Assembly (NCBI RefSeq): GCF_048403405.1
Contig: NZ_CP183129.1
Length of the DNA: 64,000 bases
Direction: 5' to 3' (one strand)
DNA from: Escherichia coli
GTDB lineage: Bacteria > Pseudomonadota > Gammaproteobacteria > Enterobacterales > Enterobacteriaceae
Shown here: in pieces, positions 1 to 9,015 of the stretch
How the letters are laid out: the number at the start of each line of letters is the position of its first letter
Position numbering within the stretch: the stretch's first letter is position 1
The notes under the pieces: generated by a model
The model's input: the letters and a program-made list of their open reading frames with translations, nothing else
What the model was told of the DNA's origin: nothing
Databases searched by the model: none
Made by a program: the position numbers and the translations under genes

Positions 1-1149
1 GCCAATAATCTCGCCAAATTCACTATCAACATTGTTGAGCTGCTCGGTCAGGGCGAGGTTTTCATCAACCAGCCGTTCTTTCAGACGATGGATTTCCTGA
101 TAGGCGAGGGCGTTATCGACAGCGATTGCCACACGTTCGGCAATCTGGCGCAGTAAATTCAGATTGGTAGTGGTAAACACTTTCTCTTCGCATTGCGCCA
201 GTTTCAGCACGCCCAGCATGGTGTCGCCAGACATCAGCGGTAACAGGCACAAGGTTTGAATCTGGTTGCCCCAGGTGTCGAACAACATGCGTTCATAGGG
301 GGCTAAATCGTCCCGCTCGTGGAGATTAATCAGCAGCATCTCTTTGCTTTTGAACACGCGTTCGGTGAGGGTTCCGGCTTCATCGACTTCGCTCTGTTCG
401 TGGGCGGGATGCTGTTTATCAAGATAGTGAGTGGAGTAGATGTTGAGTTTGTTTTTACGGTGGCTGCGTAAGACGATGCTGATATCGTCAATGTCGAAGT
501 AGTAATGGATTTCTTTGGCGACTTCGCTGACCAGTTCGTCCATATCCAGGCGGGAAAGCACCGCGTTGGTAATGGCAACCAGGATGCGGAAGTTATCGCG
601 CTCCCGGCATAACAACTCATAGTCGACATTGTTAACGACGCGGCTCTGGATTTGTTCGGTGACGACAGAAACGATCTGCGTAAATGTTTGCAGACGATTG
701 AACTCTTTTTCGCTCCAGGGGCGATCGTCATAACGAATAAATTCACAGCCACCAAAAATATGCCCTTCCGCCGCCAGTGGCATCAGGCAATAGTGACCAA
801 ATTTGGGGTATAGCCCACCTGCGGCCAGCTGCGGCCAGGTTTCACAAAATTCTTCGTAACTGCAATGCAGCGTATCAGGGCGCGACAAAATGCTGCGTAC
901 CGGACCGTGTGCCAGAACAGTTTCGTCTTCATATTTAATGGGGGGGTCTTTTTCACGCGATGCGTAATAAGACGCACGTTGAGTCTGCGCTTGCCACAAC
1001 ACAATAGCCGCGTTGTCGGCGAGCGCAGAACGCTTTACCAGTTGCGAAAGAGCCTCACACAGCGAGGCCAGATCGGGCTGCTGCAATAGTGTCCGAGTGA
1101 TGTCGAACAACCCTTGTTGTCCGAGATCACTCATCGGTGTATATGACAT
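1..1149 (-). CDS. fhlA: Formate hydrogenlyase transcriptional activator FhlA, N-terminal 383 codons; 3' end lies beyond the window start
   Basis: Reverse complement from 1149 translates MSYTPMSDLGQQGLFDIT..., matching the FhlA N-terminus as I recall it; in-frame to position 1. Not in the ORF track because no stop lies in the window. Confidence 0.85.
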   Translation of the reverse strand, partial: MSYTPMSDLGQQGLFDITRTLLQQPDLASLCEALSQLVKRSALADNAAIVLWQAQTQRASYYASREKDPPIKYEDETVLAHGPVRSILSRPDTLHCSYEEFCETWPQLAAGGLYPKFGHYCLMPLAAEGHIFGGCEFIRYDDRPWSEKEFNRLQTFTQIVSVVTEQIQSRVVNNVDYELLCRERDNFRILVAITNAVLSRLDMDELVSEVAKEIHYYFDIDDISIVLRSHRKNKLNIYSTHYLDKQHPAHEQSEVDEAGTLTERVFKSKEMLLINLHERDDLAPYERMLFDTWGNQIQTLCLLPLMSGDTMLGVLKLAQCEEKVFTTTNLNLLRQIAERVAIAVDNALAYQEIHRLKERLVDENLALTEQLNNVDSEFGEIIG

Positions 1150-1222
1150 TTTGTTCTTCCAGGAAAGCACCGCAAAGCGGTGCAAAAGGTCATTGACTAA
1201 CTATAGGAGATTTAGAATTTTA

Positions 1223-2233
1223 TTAGCATATACGCGGAAGCGGTTCGGCGTGTGGTAAATCGAGGGTTCGTTTCACGCCATACAGACCGGCAAGACGAAC
1301 ACCTTTACGTTCCACCACTTCACCAATCAGCGCCGCGTCTTTCCCCAGTGGATGGGAATGTAACGCTGCCAAAACTTGCTCTGCCGCGTTGCGTTCAACG
1401 GCGATCACCAGTTTGCCTTCGTTGGCAAAGTTAAGGGCGTCCAGTCCCAGCAGTTCGCAAACGCCGCGCACAGCAGGTTTAACCGGCAGTGCCGCTTCTG
1501 AAATTTCAATACCGCAACCGCAGGCTGCCGCGAACTCATGAACTACCGCGTTTACACCACCACGGGTGGCATCACGCAGCGCTTTCACGCCGGGAATGTC
1601 ACGCAGCGTCTGAATAAGCGGCGTTAGTACCGCGCAGTCGCTGACCAGTTCGCCGTCCAGCCCCAGTTGCTCACGCAGGTTAAGGATAGTCGCCCCGTGG
1701 TCGCCGAGCGTGCCGCTAACCAGTAATACATCGCCTGCGGTTAGCGTCTGTGCGCCCCAGTGAATATTCGCCGGAATTGCGCCCATGCCAGCGGTGTTGA
1801 TAAACAGTTTATCTGCCGCGCCGCGCTGCACCACTTTAGTATCGCCAGTGACGATGGCAATGCCTGCCGCGCGGGCGGTTTCTGCCATGCTGGTCACTAC
1901 GGCTTTCAGTGTCTCCATCGGCAATCCTTCTTCGAGGATAAAGCCACAGGAGAGATAGCGCGGAATAGCGCCACTGACCGCAACGTCATTCGCGGTTCCG
2001 CAAATCGCCAGCTTGCCGATATTACCGCCAGGAAAGAACAGCGGGTCAATGACGTAACTGTCGGTGGAGAACGCCAGACGGTCGCCTTCCGCTACCAGCT
2101 GCGCCAGATCAAGACGTGCCTGATCTTCCTGCTCTGCCAGCCACGGGTTGGCAAAGGCTTCCATAAACAGGCTGTTGATTAATTGCTGCATCGCCTGGCC
2201 GCCGCTACCGTGGGCGAGTTGGATATTATTCAC
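1223..2233 (-). CDS. hypE: Hydrogenase maturation protein HypE (336 aa)
   Basis: ORF-track protein MNNIQLAHGSGGQAMQQLINSLF..., AIR-synthase-like fold; operon context hypABCDE. Confidence 0.95.
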   Translation of the reverse strand: MNNIQLAHGSGGQAMQQLINSLFMEAFANPWLAEQEDQARLDLAQLVAEGDRLAFSTDSYVIDPLFFPGGNIGKLAICGTANDVAVSGAIPRYLSCGFILEEGLPMETLKAVVTSMAETARAAGIAIVTGDTKVVQRGAADKLFINTAGMGAIPANIHWGAQTLTAGDVLLVSGTLGDHGATILNLREQLGLDGELVSDCAVLTPLIQTLRDIPGVKALRDATRGGVNAVVHEFAAACGCGIEISEAALPVKPAVRGVCELLGLDALNFANEGKLVIAVERNAAEQVLAALHSHPLGKDAALIGEVVERKGVRLAGLYGVKRTLDLPHAEPLPRIC

Positions 2234-3351
2234 GCTTCACTCTCCTGCTGACGATACTGATACCACGCGGCGCACGCTCCTTCGGAGGAAACCATCAGCG
2301 CACCAAACGCGGTTTGAGGATTACAGGTGTTACCAAACAGCGGGCATTGATGCGGCTTACATTTGCCCGTTAATACTTCGCCACAACGCGCGCGCGGGTC
2401 ATCGCAGACCTGCTGCGGTGCCGGGCGGAAATGTGCTTCGGCATCGAATCGCTGATAATCCGGCGTCAGGTGCACCCCGGAAGATTCAATCACGCCTAAG
2501 CCGCGCCATTCGCTGTCGCCGTTGACACAGAACACATCGGCAATTGCCTGTTGCGCCAGCAGGTTACCGGCATCCGGCACTACCCGGCGATACTGATTCT
2601 CTACCTTGCTGTGGGCCGCTATTTTCTGCTCCACTAGCATGACCACGCCTTGCAGTAGATCAAGCGGTTCGAAACCAGCCACCACCAGCGGACGATGAAA
2701 ATCGCTGGCGATAAAATTATAGGCATCAGTGCCGATCACCATACTGACGTGGCCCGGCGCGAGGAACGCGTCGATACCGTTATCCGGCTGTTCCAGCAAA
2801 CTGCGCAGTGTTGGGATGAGCGTAATGTGCTGGCAGAAGAAGTAAAAATTCTGCACATCGCGGGCTTTTGCCTGTTGCAGAGTGATGGCGGTGGTCGGCA
2901 TGGTGGTTTCAAAACCTAAGCCGAAGAACACCACTTTGCGGGTTGGATTCTCCTGCGCCAGTTTCAACGCATCCATCGGCGAGTAAACGATGCGCACATC
3001 GGCACCGCGTGCCTTTGCCTGTAACAGCGAACCCTGTTTCCCTGGTACGCGCATGGCGTCGCCAAAGGTACAGAAGATGACTTCCGGATGGCTGGCAATC
3101 TCCACGCAGGTGTCGATTCTACCCATCGGCAGTACACACACCGGGCAACCGGGACCGTGGATAAACTCAACGTTTTCCGGTAGCAACTGGTCGAGGCCGA
3201 ATTTAAAAATGGCGTGGGTATGACCGCCACACACTTCCATAATCCGCAGAGGGCGTTCGGCGGTGTAAGAGAGATGTGAAGCACGTTCGCGCAGATGCTC
3301 AATTAACTGCATCACCTGTTCCGGCGCGCGATATTCATCAACAAAACGCAT
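2230..3351 (-). CDS. hypD: Hydrogenase maturation protein HypD (373 aa)
   Basis: [20 protein letters not shown]..., with the conserved Cys motifs (CGGHTH, GPGCPVC); 4-bp overlap with hypE. Confidence 0.95.
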   Translation of the reverse strand: MRFVDEYRAPEQVMQLIEHLRERASHLSYTAERPLRIMEVCGGHTHAIFKFGLDQLLPENVEFIHGPGCPVCVLPMGRIDTCVEIASHPEVIFCTFGDAMRVPGKQGSLLQAKARGADVRIVYSPMDALKLAQENPTRKVVFFGLGFETTMPTTAITLQQAKARDVQNFYFFCQHITLIPTLRSLLEQPDNGIDAFLAPGHVSMVIGTDAYNFIASDFHRPLVVAGFEPLDLLQGVVMLVEQKIAAHSKVENQYRRVVPDAGNLLAQQAIADVFCVNGDSEWRGLGVIESSGVHLTPDYQRFDAEAHFRPAPQQVCDDPRARCGEVLTGKCKPHQCPLFGNTCNPQTAFGALMVSSEGACAAWYQYRQQESEA

Positions 3352-3623
3352 TATTTTTCCTCGCCATACAACAGCGCGCCGACATCTGGCTCAACGTCAA
3401 ACATGTTTTGTAAGGCGTCGAGAGTGTCGCGTGCTTCGGCTTCATTAATTACGCTCATGGCAAAGCCAACGTGAACCAGTACCCACTGGCCCACGCGTGG
3501 CTGACCGTTTTCATCGCAGCTGCCGACTAACGTTAAATCGACGTCGCGCTGAATGCCGCAGACGTCGACTTTCGCCTGGTTGCCGTCAATGGTGCGGATC
3601 TGGCCGGGAACGCCTATGCACAT
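3351..3623 (-). CDS. hypC: Hydrogenase maturation chaperone HypC (90 aa)
   Basis: Internal start giving [21 protein letters not shown]...; the track ORF extends 9 codons upstream (3650) but the MCIG start fits HypC. Confidence 0.9.
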   Translation of the reverse strand: MCIGVPGQIRTIDGNQAKVDVCGIQRDVDLTLVGSCDENGQPRVGQWVLVHVGFAMSVINEAEARDTLDALQNMFDVEPDVGALLYGEEK

Positions 3624-4486
3624 CGCTGTGTCTCCAGCCAGTTCAGCCACTGGTCCATCCCTTCGCCGCTGGTGGCGGAAATAAGGATGATTTCAATTTC
3701 TGGATTGACTTCGCGGGCGCAGGCGATGCACTTCTCAACGTCAAAGTTGAGATACGGCAGCAGGTCAACTTTGTTGAGCAGCATCAGCGAGGCGGCGGCA
3801 AACATATGGGGATATTTCAGCGGTTTGTCTTCACCTTCGGTAACGGAAAGCACCGCCACTTTGTGTTTTTCACCGAGATCGAAGCTCGCCGGGCATACAA
3901 GGTTGCCAACGTTTTCGATAAACAGAATACCGTTATCGTCCAGTGGCAGGCGCGGCGCGGCGTCGGCAATCATCTGTGCGTCAAGATGGCAGCCTTTACC
4001 GGTGTTCACCTGAATCGCTGGTGTGCCGGTAGCGCGAATGCGTGCGGCATCGTTCACGGTTTGCTGGTCGCCTTCAATAACCGCGCACGGAACGCTGTCT
4101 TTCAGGCGCATTAAGGTTTCCGTCAGCAGGGTGGTTTTACCGGAACCAGGGCTGGAAACCAGGTTGAGCACCAGTTGCTTGCGGGCAGCAAAGCGCGCGC
4201 GGTTGCGTTCAGCCAGACGGTTGTTTTTGTCCAGCACGTCAATTTCAACTTCCAGCATCCGGCGCTGGCTCATGCCCGGCGCGTGAGTGCCCGCTTCGCC
4301 ATGACCGTAATGCAGGTCGCCTTCTTCAGTCTGGCTGGGGGTAAATTCAGGCGTTTTAATGCCGGTGATTTTCATCTTCGGGCGTGCCGCCGGGGCAAAT
4401 GGCGCGCTACGAAACGCGGAATGAGGGTTATGTTCATCACCCTCGATATACAGGTTGCCTTCACCGCAACCGCATGTTGTACACAT
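3614..4486 (-). CDS. hypB: Hydrogenase nickel-incorporation GTPase HypB (290 aa)
   Basis: [22 protein letters not shown]..., His-rich N-terminus and GTPase P-loop (GSGKTT). Confidence 0.95.
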   Translation of the reverse strand: MCTTCGCGEGNLYIEGDEHNPHSAFRSAPFAPAARPKMKITGIKTPEFTPSQTEEGDLHYGHGEAGTHAPGMSQRRMLEVEIDVLDKNNRLAERNRARFAARKQLVLNLVSSPGSGKTTLLTETLMRLKDSVPCAVIEGDQQTVNDAARIRATGTPAIQVNTGKGCHLDAQMIADAAPRLPLDDNGILFIENVGNLVCPASFDLGEKHKVAVLSVTEGEDKPLKYPHMFAAASLMLLNKVDLLPYLNFDVEKCIACAREVNPEIEIILISATSGEGMDQWLNWLETQRCA

Positions 4487-4489
4487 CGC

Positions 4490-4840
4490 TCACTCCTGGT
4501 CTATTTCTATCCGCCGAATCTGTAAACCGTCGTCTGCCACAATCTGTAGCATGTCACCATGACACTGTGGACAGCGGCGGACGCGCTGGGTCAGTAGCGT
4601 CACATACTGTTGGCATGTTTCACACCAGCATTCGGCCTCTTGTTCTTCGAGGTGCAGTTTACAACCTTCCGCCACGCTGCCGCGGCAAACCAGATCAAAA
4701 CAAAAGGCAAGAGAGCTGGTTTCGACACAAGAAAATGCGCCAATTTTGAGCCAGACCCCAGTTACGCGTTTTGCGCCGTGTTTTGCGGCCTGCTGTTCGA
4801 TCAATTCCAGTGCCCGTTGGCAGAGGGTTATTTCGTGCAT
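4490..4840 (-). CDS. hypA: Hydrogenase nickel-insertion protein HypA (116 aa)
   Basis: MHEITLCQRALELIEQQAAKHG... with the C-terminal CxxC...CxxC zinc motif; the track ORF starts 4 codons earlier. Confidence 0.93.
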   Translation of the reverse strand: MHEITLCQRALELIEQQAAKHGAKRVTGVWLKIGAFSCVETSSLAFCFDLVCRGSVAEGCKLHLEEQEAECWCETCQQYVTLLTQRVRRCPQCHGDMLQIVADDGLQIRRIEIDQE

Positions 4841-4869
4841 ATCGCCTCCCATTAACTATTGCCAGCTAC

Positions 4870-4887
4870 AAGCAATAATTGTGCCAG
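4870..4887 (-). promoter_or_regulatory. Sigma-54 (-24/-12) promoter for the hyp operon
   Basis: Minus strand reads cTGGCACaattaTTGCt, i.e. GG-N10-GC spacing, about 30-45 nt upstream of the hypA start. Confidence 0.6.
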
Positions 4888-4910
4888 TGTTGATTATCCC
4901 TGCAGTGAAT

Positions 4911-4960
4911 AATGTCGATGATGTCGAAATGACACGTCGACACGGCGACGAAATTCATCT
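4911..4960. promoter_or_regulatory. Candidate FhlA upstream activating region between the divergent hyp and hyc promoters
   Basis: Repeated TGTCG/CGACA half-sites (atgtcgatgatgtcgaaatgacacgtcgacacggcgacgaaa) between two sigma-54 promoters; exact sites not verified. Confidence 0.35.
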
Positions 4961-4999
4961 TTAGCTTAAAAATCGCTTTAATAACAATGAATTAAAAGT

Positions 5000-5016
5000 T
5001 GGCACAGAAAATGCTT
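5000..5016 (+). promoter_or_regulatory. Sigma-54 (-24/-12) promoter for the hyc operon
   Basis: tTGGCACagaaaaTGCTt with GG-N10-GC spacing, about 35 nt upstream of the hycA ATG. Confidence 0.6.
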
Positions 5017-5051
5017 AAAGCTGGCATCTCTGTTAAACGGGTAACCTGACA

Positions 5052-5513
5052 ATGACTATTTGGGAAATAAGCGAGAAAGCCGATTACATCGCACAGCGGC
5101 ATCGTCGCCTACAGGACCAGTGGCACATCTACTGCAATTCGCTGGTTCAGGGGATCACGTTATCGAAAGCGCGCCTGCATCACGCCATGAGCTGCGCGCC
5201 GGACAAAGAACTCTGTTTCGTCCTTTTTGAACATTTTCGTATTTACGTCACCCTGGCGGATGGCTTTAACAGCCACACCATCGAGTATTACGTCGAAACA
5301 AAAGATGGTGAAGACAAACAGCGGATTGCGCAGGCGCAACTGAGCATTGACGGCATGATTGATGGCAAGGTCAACATCCGCGATCGCGAACAGGTTCTGG
5401 AACACTATCTCGAAAAAATCGCTGGCGTTTACGACAGCTTATACACCGCCATTGAAAACAATGTGCCGGTGAATTTAAGCCAACTGGTAAAGGGACAAAG
5501 CCCGGCAGCATGA
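5052..5513 (+). CDS. hycA: Formate hydrogenlyase regulatory protein HycA (153 aa)
   Basis: MTIWEISEKADYIAQRHRRLQDQW...; first gene of the hyc operon. Confidence 0.93.
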   Translation: MTIWEISEKADYIAQRHRRLQDQWHIYCNSLVQGITLSKARLHHAMSCAPDKELCFVLFEHFRIYVTLADGFNSHTIEYYVETKDGEDKQRIAQAQLSIDGMIDGKVNIRDREQVLEHYLEKIAGVYDSLYTAIENNVPVNLSQLVKGQSPAA

Positions 5514-5637
5514 GCTGAGGCTTTGCCCGTTTTGCAGGCGTTACGCCTGTTTGGGGATGGGCGTGTCGATGAGTGTCGAAAATGACATTTCATCGGCATG
5601 TTTTCGTCAAAAATGACAATCACCTGAGGAATGCCTG

Positions 5638-6249
5638 GTGAATCGTTTTGTAATTGCTGACTCCACGCTCTGTATCGGCTGCCACACCTGTGAGGCCGCC
5701 TGTTCAGAGACGCATCGCCAGCACGGCCTGCAATCAATGCCGCGCCTGCGAGTGATGCTCAATGAAAAAGAATCTGCGCCGCAGCTCTGTCACCACTGTG
5801 AAGATGCGCCCTGTGCGGTGGTTTGCCCGGTTAACGCCATCACCCGCGTTGATGGGGCCGTGCAGTTGAATGAAAGTCTGTGCGTAAGCTGCAAACTGTG
5901 CGGCATCGCCTGCCCATTTGGCGCAATTGAATTTTCCGGCAGCCGTCCGCTGGATATTCCGGCAAACGCCAATACCCCGAAAGCGCCACCGGCACCGCCT
6001 GCTCCGGCGCGTGTCAGCACATTGCTTGACTGGGTGCCAGGTATTCGCGCGATCGCCGTCAAATGTGACCTTTGCAGTTTTGATGAACAAGGTCCGGCCT
6101 GCGTGCGGATGTGCCCGACTAAAGCCCTGCATCTGGTGGATAACACCGATATCGCCCGCGTTAGCAAACGTAAGCGTGAGCTGACCTTTAACACGGACTT
6201 TGGCGATCTCACCTTGTTTCAGCAGGCTCAAAGTGGAGAGGCTAAATGA
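5638..6249 (+). CDS. hycB: Formate hydrogenlyase subunit 2, 4Fe-4S ferredoxin-type (HycB, 203 aa)
   Basis: Multiple CxxCxxCxxxCP ferredoxin motifs; MNRFVIADSTLCIGCHTCEAAC. Confidence 0.95.
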   Translation: MNRFVIADSTLCIGCHTCEAACSETHRQHGLQSMPRLRVMLNEKESAPQLCHHCEDAPCAVVCPVNAITRVDGAVQLNESLCVSCKLCGIACPFGAIEFSGSRPLDIPANANTPKAPPAPPAPARVSTLLDWVPGIRAIAVKCDLCSFDEQGPACVRMCPTKALHLVDNTDIARVSKRKRELTFNTDFGDLTLFQQAQSGEAK

Positions 6250-8072
6250 GCGCAATTTCCCTGATCAATAGCGGCGTGGCGTGGTTTGTCGCCGCCGCTG
6301 TTCTGGCATTTCTCTTTTCTTTTCAAAAGGCGCTAAGCGGCTGGATAGCCGGAATTGGCGGCGCGGTGGGTAGTCTGTATACGGCAGCCGCGGGCTTCAC
6401 TGTACTGACTGGCGCGGTTGGCGTGAGCGGTGCGCTGTCGCTGGTAAGCTACGATGTGCAAATCTCTCCGCTTAACGCGATTTGGCTGATTACGCTCGGT
6501 CTGTGCGGTCTGTTTGTCAGCCTCTATAACATTGACTGGCATCGCCACGCGCAGGTGAAGTGCAACGGCTTGCAGATCAATATGTTGATGGCTGCCGCCG
6601 TCTGCGCCGTCATTGCCAGCAACCTCGGCATGTTCGTGGTAATGGCCGAAATCATGGCCCTGTGCGCGGTGTTCCTTACCAGCAACAGCAAAGAGGGCAA
6701 AGTGTGGTTTGCGCTGGGGCGTCTTGGCACTCTGCTGCTGGCGATTGCCTGTTGGCTGCTGTGGCAGCGTTACGGCACGCTGGATCTGCGCCTGCTGGAT
6801 ATGCGTATGCAACAGCTGCCGCTCGGTTCCGATATCTGGCTGCTCGGTGTGATTGGTTTTGGCCTGCTGGCCGGGATTATTCCGCTGCACGGCTGGGTGC
6901 CGCAGGCACATGCTAACGCCTCTGCGCCAGCTGCCGCGTTGTTTTCTACGGTAGTCATGAAAATTGGCCTGCTGGGCATTTTAACCCTGTCGCTGCTGGG
7001 CGGTAATGCACCGCTGTGGTGGGGGATCGCGCTGCTGGTGCTCGGCATGATCACCGCGTTCGTCGGCGGTCTGTATGCGCTGATGGAGCACAACATCCAG
7101 CGCCTGCTGGCTTACCACACCCTGGAGAATATCGGCATCATTCTGCTGGGGCTGGGCGCTGGCGTAACGGGTATCGCGCTCGAACAACCGGCGCTGATTG
7201 CCCTTGGTCTGGTCGGTGGTCTGTACCATCTGCTTAACCATAGCCTGTTCAAAAGCGTACTGTTCCTCGGGGCGGGGAGCGTCTGGTTCCGTACCGGGCA
7301 TCGCGATATCGAAAAACTTGGCGGTATTGGCAAGAAAATGCCGGTTATCTCCATCGCCATGTTAGTCGGGCTGATGGCAATGGCTGCGCTGCCGCCGCTG
7401 AACGGGTTTGCCGGGGAATGGGTTATCTATCAATCCTTCTTCAAACTGAGCAATAGTGGCGCGTTTGTTGCCCGTCTGCTGGGGCCGCTGCTCGCTGTGG
7501 GGCTGGCAATTACCGGTGCGCTGGCGGTGATGTGTATGGCGAAAGTCTATGGCGTCACGTTCCTCGGCGCGCCGCGTACCAAAGAAGCCGAAAACGCCAC
7601 CTGTGCGCCGCTCCTGATGAGCGTAAGCGTGGTGGCACTGGCGATTTGCTGCGTCATTGGCGGTGTTGCTGCGCCGTGGCTGCTGCCGATGCTCTCTGCT
7701 GCTGTACCTCTGCCGCTGGAGCCTGCTAACACCACCGTTTCTCAACCCATGATCACGTTGCTGCTGATTGCCTGCCCGCTGCTGCCATTCATCATTATGG
7801 CGATTTGCAAAGGCGATCGTTTGCCGTCGCGTTCCCGCGGCGCGGCCTGGGTGTGCGGCTACGACCATGAAAAATCAATGGTGATTACTGCTCACGGTTT
7901 TGCCATGCCGGTGAAACAGGCGTTTGCGCCGGTGCTGAAACTGCGCAAATGGCTGAATCCGGTGTCGCTGGTACCGGGCTGGCAGTGTGAGGGGAGTGCG
8001 TTGCTGTTCCGCCGGATGGCGCTGGTTGAACTGGCGGTACTGGTGGTGATTATTGTTTCACGAGGAGCCTGA
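6246..8072 (+). CDS. hycC: Formate hydrogenlyase membrane subunit 3 (HycC, NuoL-like, 608 aa)
   Basis: Long polytopic hydrophobic protein; 4-bp overlap with hycB; operon position. Confidence 0.93.
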   Translation: MSAISLINSGVAWFVAAAVLAFLFSFQKALSGWIAGIGGAVGSLYTAAAGFTVLTGAVGVSGALSLVSYDVQISPLNAIWLITLGLCGLFVSLYNIDWHRHAQVKCNGLQINMLMAAAVCAVIASNLGMFVVMAEIMALCAVFLTSNSKEGKVWFALGRLGTLLLAIACWLLWQRYGTLDLRLLDMRMQQLPLGSDIWLLGVIGFGLLAGIIPLHGWVPQAHANASAPAAALFSTVVMKIGLLGILTLSLLGGNAPLWWGIALLVLGMITAFVGGLYALMEHNIQRLLAYHTLENIGIILLGLGAGVTGIALEQPALIALGLVGGLYHLLNHSLFKSVLFLGAGSVWFRTGHRDIEKLGGIGKKMPVISIAMLVGLMAMAALPPLNGFAGEWVIYQSFFKLSNSGAFVARLLGPLLAVGLAITGALAVMCMAKVYGVTFLGAPRTKEAENATCAPLLMSVSVVALAICCVIGGVAAPWLLPMLSAAVPLPLEPANTTVSQPMITLLLIACPLLPFIIMAICKGDRLPSRSRGAAWVCGYDHEKSMVITAHGFAMPVKQAFAPVLKLRKWLNPVSLVPGWQCEGSALLFRRMALVELAVLVVIIVSRGA

Positions 8073-8074
8073 GA

Positions 8075-8998
8075 ATGAGTGTTTTATATCCGTTAATTCA
8101 GGCGCTGGTGTTATTTGCCGTTGCGCCGCTGCTCTCCGGTATAACCCGCGTGGCGCGCGCCCGCTTGCATAACCGTCGCGGGCCGGGCGTGTTGCAGGAG
8201 TATCGCGACATTATCAAACTGCTGGGCCGCCAGAGTGTTGGCCCGGATGCCTCCGGCTGGGTGTTCCGCCTGACGCCGTATGTGATGGTGGGCGTCATGC
8301 TGACTATCGCTACTGCGCTGCCGGTGGTGACCGTTGGTTCTCCGCTGCCGCAGCTGGGCGATTTGATCACCTTGCTGTATCTCTTTGCCATCGCGCGTTT
8401 CTTCTTTGCCATTTCTGGTCTGGATACCGGTAACCCGTTTACCGCTATCGGCGCGAGCCGTGAAGCGATGCTTGGCGTGCTGGTCGAACCGATGCTGCTG
8501 CTTGGTCTGTGGGTTGCGGCGCAGGTTGCCAGTTCCACCAACATCAGCAACATCACCGACACCGTTTATCACTGGCCGCTGAGCCAGAGCATCCCGCTGG
8601 TGCTGGCGCTTTGTGCCTGTGCGTTCGCCACTTTTATCGAAATGGGCAAACTGCCGTTCGACCTGGCGGAAGCCGAGCAGGAGTTGCAGGAAGGGCCGCT
8701 CTCTGAATACAGCGGTAGCGGCTTTGGCGTCATGAAATGGGGTATCAGCCTGAAACAGCTGGTGGTGTTGCAGATGTTCGTCGGGGTGTTTATTCCGTGG
8801 GGACAAATGGAAACCTTCACCGTCGGTGGGCTGCTGCTGGCGCTGGTGATTGCCATCGTCAAACTGGTGGTTGGCGTCCTGGTTATCGCGCTGTTCGAAA
8901 ACAGCATGGCCCGTCTGCGTCTTGATATTACTCCGCGCATTACCTGGGCTGGGTTTGGCTTTGCATTTTTAGCGTTCGTCTCCTTGCTGGCGGCGTGA
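8075..8998 (+). CDS. hycD: Formate hydrogenlyase membrane subunit 4 (HycD, NuoH-like, 307 aa)
   Basis: Hydrophobic membrane protein MSVLYPLIQALVLFAVAPLL...; operon position. Confidence 0.93.
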   Translation: MSVLYPLIQALVLFAVAPLLSGITRVARARLHNRRGPGVLQEYRDIIKLLGRQSVGPDASGWVFRLTPYVMVGVMLTIATALPVVTVGSPLPQLGDLITLLYLFAIARFFFAISGLDTGNPFTAIGASREAMLGVLVEPMLLLGLWVAAQVASSTNISNITDTVYHWPLSQSIPLVLALCACAFATFIEMGKLPFDLAEAEQELQEGPLSEYSGSGFGVMKWGISLKQLVVLQMFVGVFIPWGQMETFTVGGLLLALVIAIVKLVVGVLVIALFENSMARLRLDITPRITWAGFGFAFLAFVSLLAA

Positions 8999-9015
8999 TT
9001 AAAGAGAGTTTGAGC

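Noticed and set aside
330-1004. Two minus-strand ORFs (330-755, 783-1004) in the fhlA region
   Set aside because: Out of frame with the true fhlA reading frame, which runs from 1149 to the window edge and gives the recognisable FhlA N-terminus.
6333-7868. Several 60-190-aa ORFs on both strands within hycC (e.g. 6333-6911, 7362-7868)
   Set aside because: Frame-shifted or antisense overlaps of the hycC membrane protein; Arg/Gln/His-rich compositions inconsistent with real proteins.
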